From an uncultured Candidatus Saccharibacteria bacterium (GTDB taxonomy: Bacteria; Patescibacteriota; Minisyncoccia; Phycocordibacterales; UBA9973), in assembly GCA_964423445.1 (NCBI GenBank), contig CAYREQ010000002.1, positions 60,641-124,640 on the forward strand: a DNA stretch of 64,000 bases, read 5' to 3'. The notes under the pieces were generated by a model that was not told the origin of the DNA, did not search any database, and was given only the letters and a program-made list of their open reading frames with translations. Every line of letters begins with the position of its first letter. Within the stretch, counting starts at the first letter, position 1. Position numbers and translations under genes: made by a program. Positions 12,267 through 21,206 of this stretch are shown in pieces.

Positions 12267-12686
12267 TTACAAATTATTTCCATCTTTTTCCTCCTCTTTT
12301 ATTTTATGGGTAATTTCTGTAATTTTATGTTTGTAGCTTGATACAATTTTCAATAATTTTGAAGCTTCAACTTTCTGTATCAATTCTCCAGTCGAATGAT
12401 TTTTGACGTGGATATTTTGCACTTTAATCTTCAATTCCTGATACTTATTCTTTAAAAAATTAGTAGATTGAATATAAGATTTTACTATAAATACCAAACT
12501 TTTGTGCTCATACTTTTTTACACTCTCTACGGTTATATTTTTTATCTCATCTAAGTAAGGTATTTCAAATGTTACTTCTTCATGGAGTTCATATTCTCCA
12601 CTTTTTACCAAAGATAATTTTCTCCAAATCATAAAAACTATAGATAGGAGTGACACAAAAAACATTGTTAGTATTAAATATATCAT
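12267..12686 (-). CDS. Hypothetical membrane-anchored protein
   Basis: 139-aa ORF with an N-terminal TM helix, co-oriented with tsf. Confidence 0.7.
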   Translation of the reverse strand: MIYLILTMFFVSLLSIVFMIWRKLSLVKSGEYELHEEVTFEIPYLDEIKNITVESVKKYEHKSLVFIVKSYIQSTNFLKNKYQELKIKVQNIHVKNHSTGELIQKVEASKLLKIVSSYKHKITEITHKIKEEEKDGNNL

Positions 12687-12702
12687 ATATATCTATCTAT
12701 TT

Positions 12703-13479
12703 TTATATAGAATAGCGTTTTACTTCCTTGATTTTTGCACCTGATTTTTCTAGGAGTTTACTGATAGTGTCTTCTCCTTTTATAAACACTTGGTCCATCA
12801 AAGTCTTTTCTTTAAAGTAAGTGTTTATCTTTCCTTCTAGCATCTTCTTTTTTATGTCTTCTGGTTTATCTATACTTGCTACTTCTTTTTCAAAAATCTC
12901 CACTATCATCTTCTTTGCTTCTTCTGTAATTTCAGCATCTGTGATGTATTCTGGCTTCATAGCAGTAATGTGCATAGCGATATCACGAGCGAGCTCTGTA
13001 CTGCCTCCCTCTAAACTTACGATTACTCCAGATTTATTGTTGTGTACATAAGTACCGATAGTGTCTCCAGATACTTCATATACTTCACCTAGTTGTATAT
13101 TTTCTCCAGTTTTTTGAATTATAGGATCTATTAGGTCTTTTGCCCCTTCTTTCATCTTTTCACCGCCCTCGTTTAGAGCCATAGTCGCTAATTTTTCTAG
13201 AAGAGTAGTAAAGTCTTCATTTCTAGATACGAAATCTGTCTCACAGTGTAATGGCACAAGTACAGCCTTTTTATCAGTAGATTTTATAGATACTGCACCG
13301 TCTTTTACCTCACGTCCAACTTTCTTTAATGCTATATCTGAACTAGTCTTTTTTAAGATAGCGAGGGCTTTGGTCATATCTCCCTCAGCCTCTTCCAATG
13401 CACGCTTGCATTGCATTACAGAAACACCAGTACTATCTCTTAATTCCTTAATAAGTTCAGTTGTTATTTGTGTAGACAT
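12703..13479 (-). CDS. tsf: Elongation factor Ts
   Basis: IKELRDSTGVSVMQCKRAL, CETDFV, DIAMHITAM. Confidence 0.97.
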   Translation of the reverse strand: MSTQITTELIKELRDSTGVSVMQCKRALEEAEGDMTKALAILKKTSSDIALKKVGREVKDGAVSIKSTDKKAVLVPLHCETDFVSRNEDFTTLLEKLATMALNEGGEKMKEGAKDLIDPIIQKTGENIQLGEVYEVSGDTIGTYVHNNKSGVIVSLEGGSTELARDIAMHITAMKPEYITDAEITEEAKKMIVEIFEKEVASIDKPEDIKKKMLEGKINTYFKEKTLMDQVFIKGEDTISKLLEKSGAKIKEVKRYSI

Positions 13480-13530
13480 ATAATATTGTCTTCTTGGCTT
13501 ATGGCCTTGAAGTTATTAAATTTTTAATGT

Positions 13531-14295
13531 TTATTGAGTTGCTTGCTCTGGGCTAGATACAGCTTCTTTTTTTGGAGCTTTTAGAGTACCTTTTTTGTAA
13601 GCATTTGCTATAGCTTGAGTGAAGAATTTTATTGAAGGGATTACTCCATCGTTTGCTACGATAGGGTAGTCTATACCTCTAATATCTGAGTCAGAATTTA
13701 CTAAAGAAATTACAGGTACGCCCGATTTCTTGCCTTCTGTAGCTGCTATGTGTTCATTTTTTGCGTCTATGATAAACAATGCATCTGGCATTTTCTTTAG
13801 ACCGATAAGACCAGAGTAGTATCTTGAAAGTTTTTCCATTTTCTTTGCCATTACCACACGCTCTTTTTTAGTGTATTTATCAAGTTCTCCCATAGCACTA
13901 TCTTTTTGATAGTTTTCTAGTTCTGTGATTCTTTTTTTGATTTCAATAAAGTTTGATAAAGTACCACCAATCCATCTTTCTACTACGTATGGCATATCCA
14001 AAGACTCTGCTACTGATTTAATAGCGTTTTTTGCTTCTGGTTTTGTACCTACGAATAATACTACCTTGCCTGCACTTCCGAGTGTTTCTACGAATGCTGT
14101 AGCTTCATCTAGTAAAATACTTGTCTTTTCAAGGTCTATAATGTCGCCCTTGTTTTTAGTCGCATATATATAGCCAGAAACAGAAGGGTGTCTTCGTGTC
14201 TTGCTATAGCCATAATGCGCCCCAGCCTTGAACATTTGCTCTACGGCTGTGTCATTTACACTGTCTTTGTCTTTTACAATATCTCCTTTTTGCAT
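13531..14295 (-). CDS. rpsB: 30S ribosomal protein S2
   Basis: AGAHYG, LFVGTK, RWIGGTLSN, DYPIVAND; upstream of tsf. Confidence 0.97.
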   Translation of the reverse strand: MQKGDIVKDKDSVNDTAVEQMFKAGAHYGYSKTRRHPSVSGYIYATKNKGDIIDLEKTSILLDEATAFVETLGSAGKVVLFVGTKPEAKNAIKSVAESLDMPYVVERWIGGTLSNFIEIKKRITELENYQKDSAMGELDKYTKKERVVMAKKMEKLSRYYSGLIGLKKMPDALFIIDAKNEHIAATEGKKSGVPVISLVNSDSDIRGIDYPIVANDGVIPSIKFFTQAIANAYKKGTLKAPKKEAVSSPEQATQ

Positions 14296-14301
14296 TTGGT
14301 T

Positions 14302-14330
14302 ATTCTAGCAGAAACACTCCCTTTTTGCAA
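14302..14330 (-). promoter_or_regulatory. rpsB promoter, probably leaderless
   Basis: TTGCAA-N17-TAGAAT with TG extension, 6 nt before the ATG. Confidence 0.7.
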
Positions 14331-14410
14331 ACCTATTGGGGTGGTTATGTTTTATTTATATTTTTAAGGATTCTTTGCTAAAAAGAGGTTTTTCGGGTAA
14401 GATGGTATGC

Positions 14411-15670
14411 ATGAGACAATCTAAACTTTTTACAAAAACTAGAAAAGAAGCCCCTTCTGACGAAGTGTCAAAAAATGCGGAGCTTCTAATAAGGGGTGGT
14501 TTTATAAATAAAGAAATGGCAGGAGTTTACAGCTATTTGCCACTAGGTCTAAAAGTTTTTAAAAAGATTGAAAACATAATTCGAGAGGAAATGAACGCTA
14601 TTGGTGGACAAGAAATCGTACTTTCTTCACTACAAGAAAAAGAAACATGGGAACCTACGGATCAATGGAATGACGAAAATGTAGATGTCTGGTTTAAGAC
14701 AAAATTAAAAAATGAAACAGAGCTCGGTCTCGCAGTGACTCACGAAGCAGCTATAACAAAAATGCTAAAAAACTTTTTGCAGTCATATCGTGATCTTCCT
14801 CAGTATGTATATCAATTTCAAACAAAATTCCGTAATGAAACTAGAGCAAAGAGTGGTATTATGCGTTGCCGTGAATTCGTGATGAAAGATTTATATTCAT
14901 TTGATATTGATGAAAAGTCTCATTTAGAATTTTATGAAAAATCTAAGAAAGCTTACAAGACTATTTTTGAGCGTGTAGGCATAGGACATCTGACTTATCT
15001 TACATTTGCTTCTGGTGGTATGTTTTCTCCTTTCTCTCATGAGTTTCAGACTCTTACAAGCGCCGGAGAAGACATTATATACGTAGATGAATCAAAGGGT
15101 ATAGCTATAAATAAAGAAGTAAACAATGATGAAGTCTTGGAAAAACTAGGAGTAAAAAAAGAAGACTTAGTAGAGCATAGAGCGGTGGAGGTAGGAAATA
15201 TATTTACTCTAGGTACTAGGTTTTCAGATGCACTAGATTTGAAATATCAAACCGAAGATGGAGAAAAAAAGTCTGTGTTCATGGGTTCTTATGGAATTGG
15301 TCCAGGCAGAGTCATGGGTACTGTAGTAGAAGTATTGTCTGACGATAAGGGTATAATTTGGCCAGAATCAATAGCTCCATTTCAAGTACACTTACTTTCT
15401 CTCGGCGAAGATGAAGCTGTAAAAACAGAGGCAGACAAAGTCTACGAAACTTTGTTAAAAAATAATATTGAAGTCTTATTTGATGATCGTATTGGTATGT
15501 CTGCTGGAGAAAAATTTGCAGATGCTGATCTACTTGGTATGCCAATGCGTATAGTGGTCTCACAGAGAAGTATAAAAGAAAACGGTATTGAATTAAAAAA
15601 GAGAACAGAAGAAAAAGGGCAGATAGTGACGTTAGATGAGCTTTTAAAGATTTTAACCAAGAAAGATTAG
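14411..15670 (+). CDS. proS: Prolyl-tRNA synthetase, short form without the INS editing domain
   Basis: MRQSKLF start, THE, FRNETRAKSGIMRCREFVMKDLYSF, EVGNIF, MGSYGIG, anticodon-binding domain. Confidence 0.95.
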   Translation: MRQSKLFTKTRKEAPSDEVSKNAELLIRGGFINKEMAGVYSYLPLGLKVFKKIENIIREEMNAIGGQEIVLSSLQEKETWEPTDQWNDENVDVWFKTKLKNETELGLAVTHEAAITKMLKNFLQSYRDLPQYVYQFQTKFRNETRAKSGIMRCREFVMKDLYSFDIDEKSHLEFYEKSKKAYKTIFERVGIGHLTYLTFASGGMFSPFSHEFQTLTSAGEDIIYVDESKGIAINKEVNNDEVLEKLGVKKEDLVEHRAVEVGNIFTLGTRFSDALDLKYQTEDGEKKSVFMGSYGIGPGRVMGTVVEVLSDDKGIIWPESIAPFQVHLLSLGEDEAVKTEADKVYETLLKNNIEVLFDDRIGMSAGEKFADADLLGMPMRIVVSQRSIKENGIELKKRTEEKGQIVTLDELLKILTKKD

Positions 15671-15676
15671 TATTTT

Positions 15677-16723
15677 ATGTTTGATAAGATTTACAAATTA
15701 ATTTCAAATGATATAGGCATAGATTTGGGTACCTCAAATACCTTGGTCTATTTAAAGGGTCATGGCATCGTGATAAACGAGCCATCTGTGGTGGCTGTAA
15801 ATATAAAGACAAATCAAATTCTCGCTGTCGGAATAAAAGCTAAAGAAATGCTCGGACGTACACCAGGACACATAAAAGCTATTCGTCCGCTCGTAGATGG
15901 TGTTATATCAGATTTTGAAGTCACCGAAGAAATGCTTTCTTATTTGATAAATAAAGCAAATAAAATTTCAAAGAAAATCGCTAGACCTAGAGTAGTCATC
16001 GGTATTCCTTCTGGTACTACAAATGTAGAATCACGTGCGGTGTATGACGCGGCGCATTCTGCTGGAGCAAGGGAAGTATACTTAGTAGAAGAGCCGATGG
16101 CTGCGGCTGTCGGTATACGCTTACCTATAAAAGAACCAGTAGGCTCTATGATTATAGATATAGGTGGTGGTACTACTGATATTGCTCTGATTTCTCTCGG
16201 AGGAATTGTGAAATCAAAAAACTTAAAGATAGCTGGTGATAGATTAAATAACGATATCATTTCTTATATGCGTGATGAATTTAAAATACTTATCGGAGAG
16301 CGTACAGCTGAAATGGTAAAGATTGCTATAGGATCTGTATCTCCAGGGGTGTATATGGAGTCTCAAGTTCATGGACGTGATTTGCTTACAGGCTTACCAC
16401 GAGCTGTGATTGTGACTGACTCTGATATTCGTGAAGCTTTAGCTGTATCAATTAGAGAGCTCGTGGGTGGCATAAAAGACATGCTAGAGTCCACTCCTCC
16501 TGAAATTTTATCCGACATAATGCACACAGGTATTACTCTCTCTGGTGGTGGAGCATTGATAAATGGGCTTGATCAATTATTGCAAAAAGTTTTAAAAATC
16601 CCAGTATATGTAGTAGAAGATCCACTTTCTGCAGTAGCTCGTGGCACAGGGGTGATATTAGACGACATAGATTTTTATAAAGAAGTTTTGATTGGTAATC
16701 AAAATGAGTTACCTCCTAGATAA
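15677..16723 (+). CDS. mreB: Rod shape-determining actin-like protein MreB
   Basis: GIDLGTSNT, EPSVVA, EEPMAAA, DIGGGTTD. Confidence 0.97.
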   Translation: MFDKIYKLISNDIGIDLGTSNTLVYLKGHGIVINEPSVVAVNIKTNQILAVGIKAKEMLGRTPGHIKAIRPLVDGVISDFEVTEEMLSYLINKANKISKKIARPRVVIGIPSGTTNVESRAVYDAAHSAGAREVYLVEEPMAAAVGIRLPIKEPVGSMIIDIGGGTTDIALISLGGIVKSKNLKIAGDRLNNDIISYMRDEFKILIGERTAEMVKIAIGSVSPGVYMESQVHGRDLLTGLPRAVIVTDSDIREALAVSIRELVGGIKDMLESTPPEILSDIMHTGITLSGGGALINGLDQLLQKVLKIPVYVVEDPLSAVARGTGVILDDIDFYKEVLIGNQNELPPR

Positions 16724-17495
16724 AAAAAATAAAAGACGAGATAGCATAAAAATTCTAATCGGATTAATAATTTTTATTTTGTTATTTTATTTTAGAGCAA
16801 GTATTTTTTCTGGATTTTCTTATGTAGGGTTGGGTGTATTTCGACCTGTAATTAGTGTCGGAAATAATTTGGGTGAAAAATTAAAAAGCATAAACGCTTA
16901 TTTCTCTTCAAAAGATTCTCTATATAGAGAAAACGAAGATTTAAAATTGAAATTAGATAGTGACAGGGAAAATAGAGCAAATTATGATTCTGTCGTAGCT
17001 GAAAATATTGAGCTCAAAGATATTCTAGGACGTAAAAATGAACAAGTAGATATGATTTTAGGTGTAGTCTTGGCAAGGCCAAATCAAAGCATTTATGACA
17101 CTTTGCTTATAGACATAGGTACAAATCATGGTGTCAAAGTAGGTGATAAAGTTTTTGCTTCTGGAAATATACCAATTGGAACAATAAGAGAAGTTTATCC
17201 AAGTTCTGCAAAAGTAGTCTTGTTTTCAAATAGTGGAGAGGTCACATCGGTAATCGTATCTGGGAAAAATGTTTCTATGGAGCTCGTAGGTAGAGGTGGA
17301 GGAAATTTTGAGATGACAATGCCTAGAGATTTTACTCTACTTAAAGGAGATCAAGTAGTATTACCTAGTATAAACAACCATGTCGTCGCTGTAGTAGAAA
17401 CGATAATTTCTGACTCAAGAGATGCTTTTCAAAAAGCTATTTTGGTAAGCCCTGTAAATTTTCAGCAATTAAAATTTGTACAGGTAGAGAAATAA
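16704..17495 (+). CDS. mreC: Rod shape-determining protein MreC
   Basis: TM helix, coiled coil (ENIELKDIL), LLIDIGTNHGVKVG; follows mreB. Confidence 0.88.
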   Translation: MSYLLDKKNKRRDSIKILIGLIIFILLFYFRASIFSGFSYVGLGVFRPVISVGNNLGEKLKSINAYFSSKDSLYRENEDLKLKLDSDRENRANYDSVVAENIELKDILGRKNEQVDMILGVVLARPNQSIYDTLLIDIGTNHGVKVGDKVFASGNIPIGTIREVYPSSAKVVLFSNSGEVTSVIVSGKNVSMELVGRGGGNFEMTMPRDFTLLKGDQVVLPSINNHVVAVVETIISDSRDAFQKAILVSPVNFQQLKFVQVEK

Positions 17496-17499
17496 AATA

Positions 17500-18768
17500 A
17501 TGGATTTTAAAATTGATAAAAAAATAAATGGTTCTCTTGGGCGTGCTGGAGTTTTAAAAACTTCACATGGAGATATACATACTCCGGCTTTTGTGCCTGT
17601 GGGAACAAAAGCCACTATAAAGGCTCTTACTCCCGAAATGGTGGCAGATTTAGGAGCAGAAGTAGTGCTCGGTAATACATATCATTTATATCTCCAGCCT
17701 GGTGACGAGATAGTACGTGATGCTGGGGGGATAGGAAGATTTATGAATTGGAAAGGTCCGACCATTACAGATTCTGGAGGATTCCAAGTATTTTCTCTCG
17801 GGGTGGCTTATGGAAAAGAAATTTCAAAAGTTACAAAGATAACTGATCCTTCTTTTATGATACCAGAGCGTTTTGATGATTCTGATGCTCCAAGACTTGC
17901 AAAGATTGGGAATGATGGAGTATCTTTCAAATCACATTTAGATGGGTCTGTGCATTATATTACTCCAGAGAAGTCTATCCAGATTCAACACAATCTCGGA
18001 GCTGATATTATTTTTGCTTTTGATGAATGTACTAGCCCGACAGAAGATTTACGTTATCAAGAAGAAGCACTCGAGCGTACTCATGCTTGGGCAAAAAGGA
18101 GCTTAGAAGAACACGATAGATTAAAGCAGGACTATGCTCGCCGTCATTCGCACTCTGTCTTGGAAGGGCAAGACTTATCTGTTCGTAGCGAAGATTCCTC
18201 TGAGCATAGTCCTGCTTTGTTTGGTATCGTACAGGGTGGGCGAGATGAAAATCTGCGTAAGAAATCCGCGAAAATTATCGGTGCTATGGATTTTGATGGT
18301 TTTGGTATTGGTGGAAGCTTTGCCAAGGAAGACATGTCTACAGCAGTGAAATGGGTAAATGAAATTTTGCCTGAAGAAAAGCCTCGCCACTTGCTCGGCA
18401 TAGGGGAGCCAGAAGATATTTTTATGGGCATAGAAAATGGAGTGGATCTTTTTGATTGTGTCGCTCCTACCAGACAAGCTCGAAATGGTTCGCTTTATAC
18501 AAAAAATGGAAAGATAAATATTACTAATTCAAAATACAGGACAGATTTTTCAAAAATAGAAACAGATTGCGAATGTTACACTTGTAAGAATTATACTTGT
18601 GCATATTTATCACATTTATTTCACGGCAAAGAAATGCTAGCTGGCACACTTGCCACAATCCATAATTTATACTTCATAGTGAACTTAGTAAAAAAAATAA
18701 GACAGTCTATTTTAGACGACAAGTTTTTTGAGTTCAAGCAGGACTTTTTACAGAATTACCAAAAATAG
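17500..18768 (+). CDS. tgt: tRNA-guanine transglycosylase carrying an in-frame palindromic insertion
   Basis: TPAFVPVGT, NTYHL, DSGGFQVFSL, FGIVQGG, DLFDCV, Zn site CECYTC...HN. Confidence 0.96.
   Translation: MDFKIDKKINGSLGRAGVLKTSHGDIHTPAFVPVGTKATIKALTPEMVADLGAEVVLGNTYHLYLQPGDEIVRDAGGIGRFMNWKGPTITDSGGFQVFSLGVAYGKEISKVTKITDPSFMIPERFDDSDAPRLAKIGNDGVSFKSHLDGSVHYITPEKSIQIQHNLGADIIFAFDECTSPTEDLRYQEEALERTHAWAKRSLEEHDRLKQDYARRHSHSVLEGQDLSVRSEDSSEHSPALFGIVQGGRDENLRKKSAKIIGAMDFDGFGIGGSFAKEDMSTAVKWVNEILPEEKPRHLLGIGEPEDIFMGIENGVDLFDCVAPTRQARNGSLYTKNGKINITNSKYRTDFSKIETDCECYTCKNYTCAYLSHLFHGKEMLAGTLATIHNLYFIVNLVKKIRQSILDDKFFEFKQDFLQNYQK
18123..18218. repeat. 96-nt palindromic element in frame inside tgt
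   Basis: Perfect 17-bp arms AAAGCAGGACTATGCTC / GAGCATAGTCCTGCTTT, internal hairpin GTCTTG-N6-CAAGAC; shares its core with 45129-45238. Confidence 0.85.
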
Positions 18769-18826
18769 CTTTACATTTTGAGAGTAATTGTTATACTTAT
18801 TTCTATTGACATTGTCAAACAAAAAT

Positions 18827-20227
18827 ATGAAAAAAACAAAGAAAACTAAGAAGCCGGGGAAGAATTGGCGAAAATTCTGGAAGCTCGGATCCGAAGAGTT
18901 TAACACTCAATTTTTTGACGTGAGTAAAGAAGGTGAGCTACTTGCCAAAGAAGGTCATCATATCTATAACTTAAAAAATTTGGCAAAGAAATACGGTACA
19001 CCACTCCAAGTAGTATTTCCATTTATCATAGAAGACAGACTCAAAGACCTTATCGGTTATTTTCAAGCTTATATAAAGATATATGGTTACAAAGGTAAAT
19101 TCCAATATCACTATCCGATGAAGGTAAACCAAAATAAAGAATTTATTTTGTCTCTTATTTCTGAAGGAGCAAACTTGGAGTCCACATCTGCAAATGAGCT
19201 TTGGCTTGTGAAAAAACTTTGGGAAGGTGAAAAGTTTAATAGTAAAATTCGCGTGCTTTGCAATGGTCCAAAGACTGATCAATACCTAGACTTGATAGAA
19301 GAATTACGAGCAAAGGGTATGAATATAGTTCCTATATTAGAATCATTAGACGAAGTAGATAGACTTTCAAAATATAAAGGTGATATAGGAGTGAGAGTAG
19401 ATTTAAATGTAAAAGCTGATTCACACTGGGACAAGAAATTTGACCGTTTTGGTATTTCAGAAAAAGATGCACTTGATTTGAGTAAGATGAAAAATCTAAA
19501 AATCATGCACTACCACATGGGCTCTCAGATAAAGACTCAAAAAAGTATTTTTGACGGAGTAAAGCATGCTTTTACTATATATAAAGAATTGCAAAAGACA
19601 CACCCAAATCTAGACACGTTAGACATAGGTGGTGGCTTTGGTATTCCTTATGAAAAGAAAAAGTTTTATACAGCAAAAGGAGTATCTAGCAAGCTTATCA
19701 AGATGTTGAAAAATTTGTCTGACAAAGCTGGTATTAAGCATCCAAACCTCGTAGTAGAGTGGGGGCAATATATCGTAGCTCCAGCACAGGTGACAATATA
19801 CAAAGTGCTTTCTGAAAAATCTATTCCAAAAGCAAATGCAAAGTCTTGGTATATCGTAGATGGTTCTTTTATGAACGACATCAAAGATACTTGGGCTATT
19901 CACCAAAAATATCACGTAATTCCAGGAAATAATATGATGAGCCCGCTAAAGACTACATGGTTTGCAGGTAGTACTTGTGACTCTGATGACAAATACACTG
20001 CTGGAGGAAATTATATTCTCATGCCAAAACTTCACGAAGACCGAGAGCAACTCGTAGCAGTATTAGATACAGGCGCATACCAAGACGGCCTCGCTTCTCA
20101 TCACTGCCTATTATCATCTCCTATGAAGATAGTGGCTCAAGATGGAACAATTAAAATAGCCCGCAAAAGAGAAACTGCTGATGTGATAGGTAAGCTTTTT
20201 GGTTGGACAAATGGAGACCATAAATAA
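18827..20227 (+). CDS. speA: PLP-dependent Orn/DAP/Arg decarboxylase, arginine decarboxylase-like
   Basis: YPMKVNQ (PLP lysine), LCNGPK, HYHMGSQI, LDIGGG, TCDSD, GAYQD. Confidence 0.8.
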   Translation: MKKTKKTKKPGKNWRKFWKLGSEEFNTQFFDVSKEGELLAKEGHHIYNLKNLAKKYGTPLQVVFPFIIEDRLKDLIGYFQAYIKIYGYKGKFQYHYPMKVNQNKEFILSLISEGANLESTSANELWLVKKLWEGEKFNSKIRVLCNGPKTDQYLDLIEELRAKGMNIVPILESLDEVDRLSKYKGDIGVRVDLNVKADSHWDKKFDRFGISEKDALDLSKMKNLKIMHYHMGSQIKTQKSIFDGVKHAFTIYKELQKTHPNLDTLDIGGGFGIPYEKKKFYTAKGVSSKLIKMLKNLSDKAGIKHPNLVVEWGQYIVAPAQVTIYKVLSEKSIPKANAKSWYIVDGSFMNDIKDTWAIHQKYHVIPGNNMMSPLKTTWFAGSTCDSDDKYTAGGNYILMPKLHEDREQLVAVLDTGAYQDGLASHHCLLSSPMKIVAQDGTIKIARKRETADVIGKLFGWTNGDHK

Positions 20228-20681
20228 AATATTTAAAAAATATCGTGGATTTTTATTTTTACCTGCTATTTTTATAGTAGGGTTTTTTTTGTTTAATTAT
20301 CTTCCTAAAAATATAAAGACAGAAGATATTCAATATGTAAAAATTGCTGGTCAAAAAATCAAAACTGATTTGGCTTTGACGAGTGAGACTAGAGCGAGAG
20401 GGTTGTCTGGACGTGTTTCACTAAAAGAAGATGAGGGTATGCTTTTTGTTTTTGATAATGTAGGTAAATACAAATTTTGGATGAAAGATATGAATTTTGA
20501 TATTGATATAGTATGGATAGATGAAAATCAAAAAGTAGTCTATATACAAAAAAATGCTATGAGAGAATCATATCCAGAAACTTTTGGTGGAGAGCAAAAT
20601 TCAAAATATGTACTCGAGCTAGTGTCTGGTTTTTCGGATAAGTATAATTTAAAAGAAGGAGATAAGGTGAATTTTGAATAA
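20211..20681 (+). CDS. DUF192 family protein
   Basis: RARGLSGR, EGMLFVF, FWMKDMNFDIDIVWI, YVLEL. Confidence 0.9.
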   Translation: METINKIFKKYRGFLFLPAIFIVGFFLFNYLPKNIKTEDIQYVKIAGQKIKTDLALTSETRARGLSGRVSLKEDEGMLFVFDNVGKYKFWMKDMNFDIDIVWIDENQKVVYIQKNAMRESYPETFGGEQNSKYVLELVSGFSDKYNLKEGDKVNFE

Positions 20682-20702
20682 ATAATTTTTTTGTTGAAAA
20701 GA

Positions 20703-20734
20703 GAAAATCCCCACCATTGCTGGAGGGGATTTTC
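20703..20734. terminator. Hairpin terminator between the DUF192 gene and rnpB
   Basis: GAAAATCCCC...GGGGATTTTC between convergent transcripts. Confidence 0.7.
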
Positions 20735-20742
20735 ATTTTGTT

Positions 20743-21036
20743 GTAGGTATCTATAAGCCGAATTTTGTGTTTTCAACCGAGGTTGAAATGATAACAATTT
20801 GTCTAGGCTTGCAATTACTCACAAGCTCGAGCGATTCTCCCACGATTTTGCAATCGGGGCACGATCTTGCACACGCGTAAGGATTTTGCCGTTTCACCTC
20901 CGTATTGGAGCTCGTCTCTGTTCGCACCTCTACCGTTACCGGCGACGGGGATTACCCGCTACGTTTAACCATTAAAAGGGCTATGTGTTCGGACTTTCCT
21001 CTATGGTGTAAACCATAGTAGTTATCCGATACCTAC
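20743..21036 (-). ncRNA. rnpB: RNase P RNA, compact (~294 nt)
   Basis: GAGGAAAGTCC near the 5' end, ACAAAATTCGGCTTA near the 3' end, terminal P1 helix GTAGGTATC/GATACCTAC, upstream TTCACA-N17-TAGATT promoter. Confidence 0.95.
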
Positions 21037-21088
21037 CCATACAATCTAGCACACTTGCTTTTTTTTGTGAAGTATGATAGTATATAAG

Positions 21089-21171
21089 TGTGAGTGTAGG
21101 GAGTGATTCTTACATTTATCGTAAACAATGTATGTGCCGCAAAAACCCACTTCGGTGGGTTTTTGTTTTTT
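21089..21171 (+). ncRNA. Candidate small RNA with its own promoter and terminator
   Basis: TTGCTT-N17-TAGTAT promoter, 13-bp G-U-rich hairpin with a GUGA loop, then a cUUCGg terminator with a U tract. Confidence 0.6.
21140..21171 (+). terminator. Intrinsic terminator
   Basis: CAAAAACCCAC-TTCG-GTGGGTTTTTG followed by a T run. Confidence 0.85.
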
Positions 21172-21206
21172 ATGCGTGAGTTTTTGTGTTATAATTATCT
21201 TAATAT

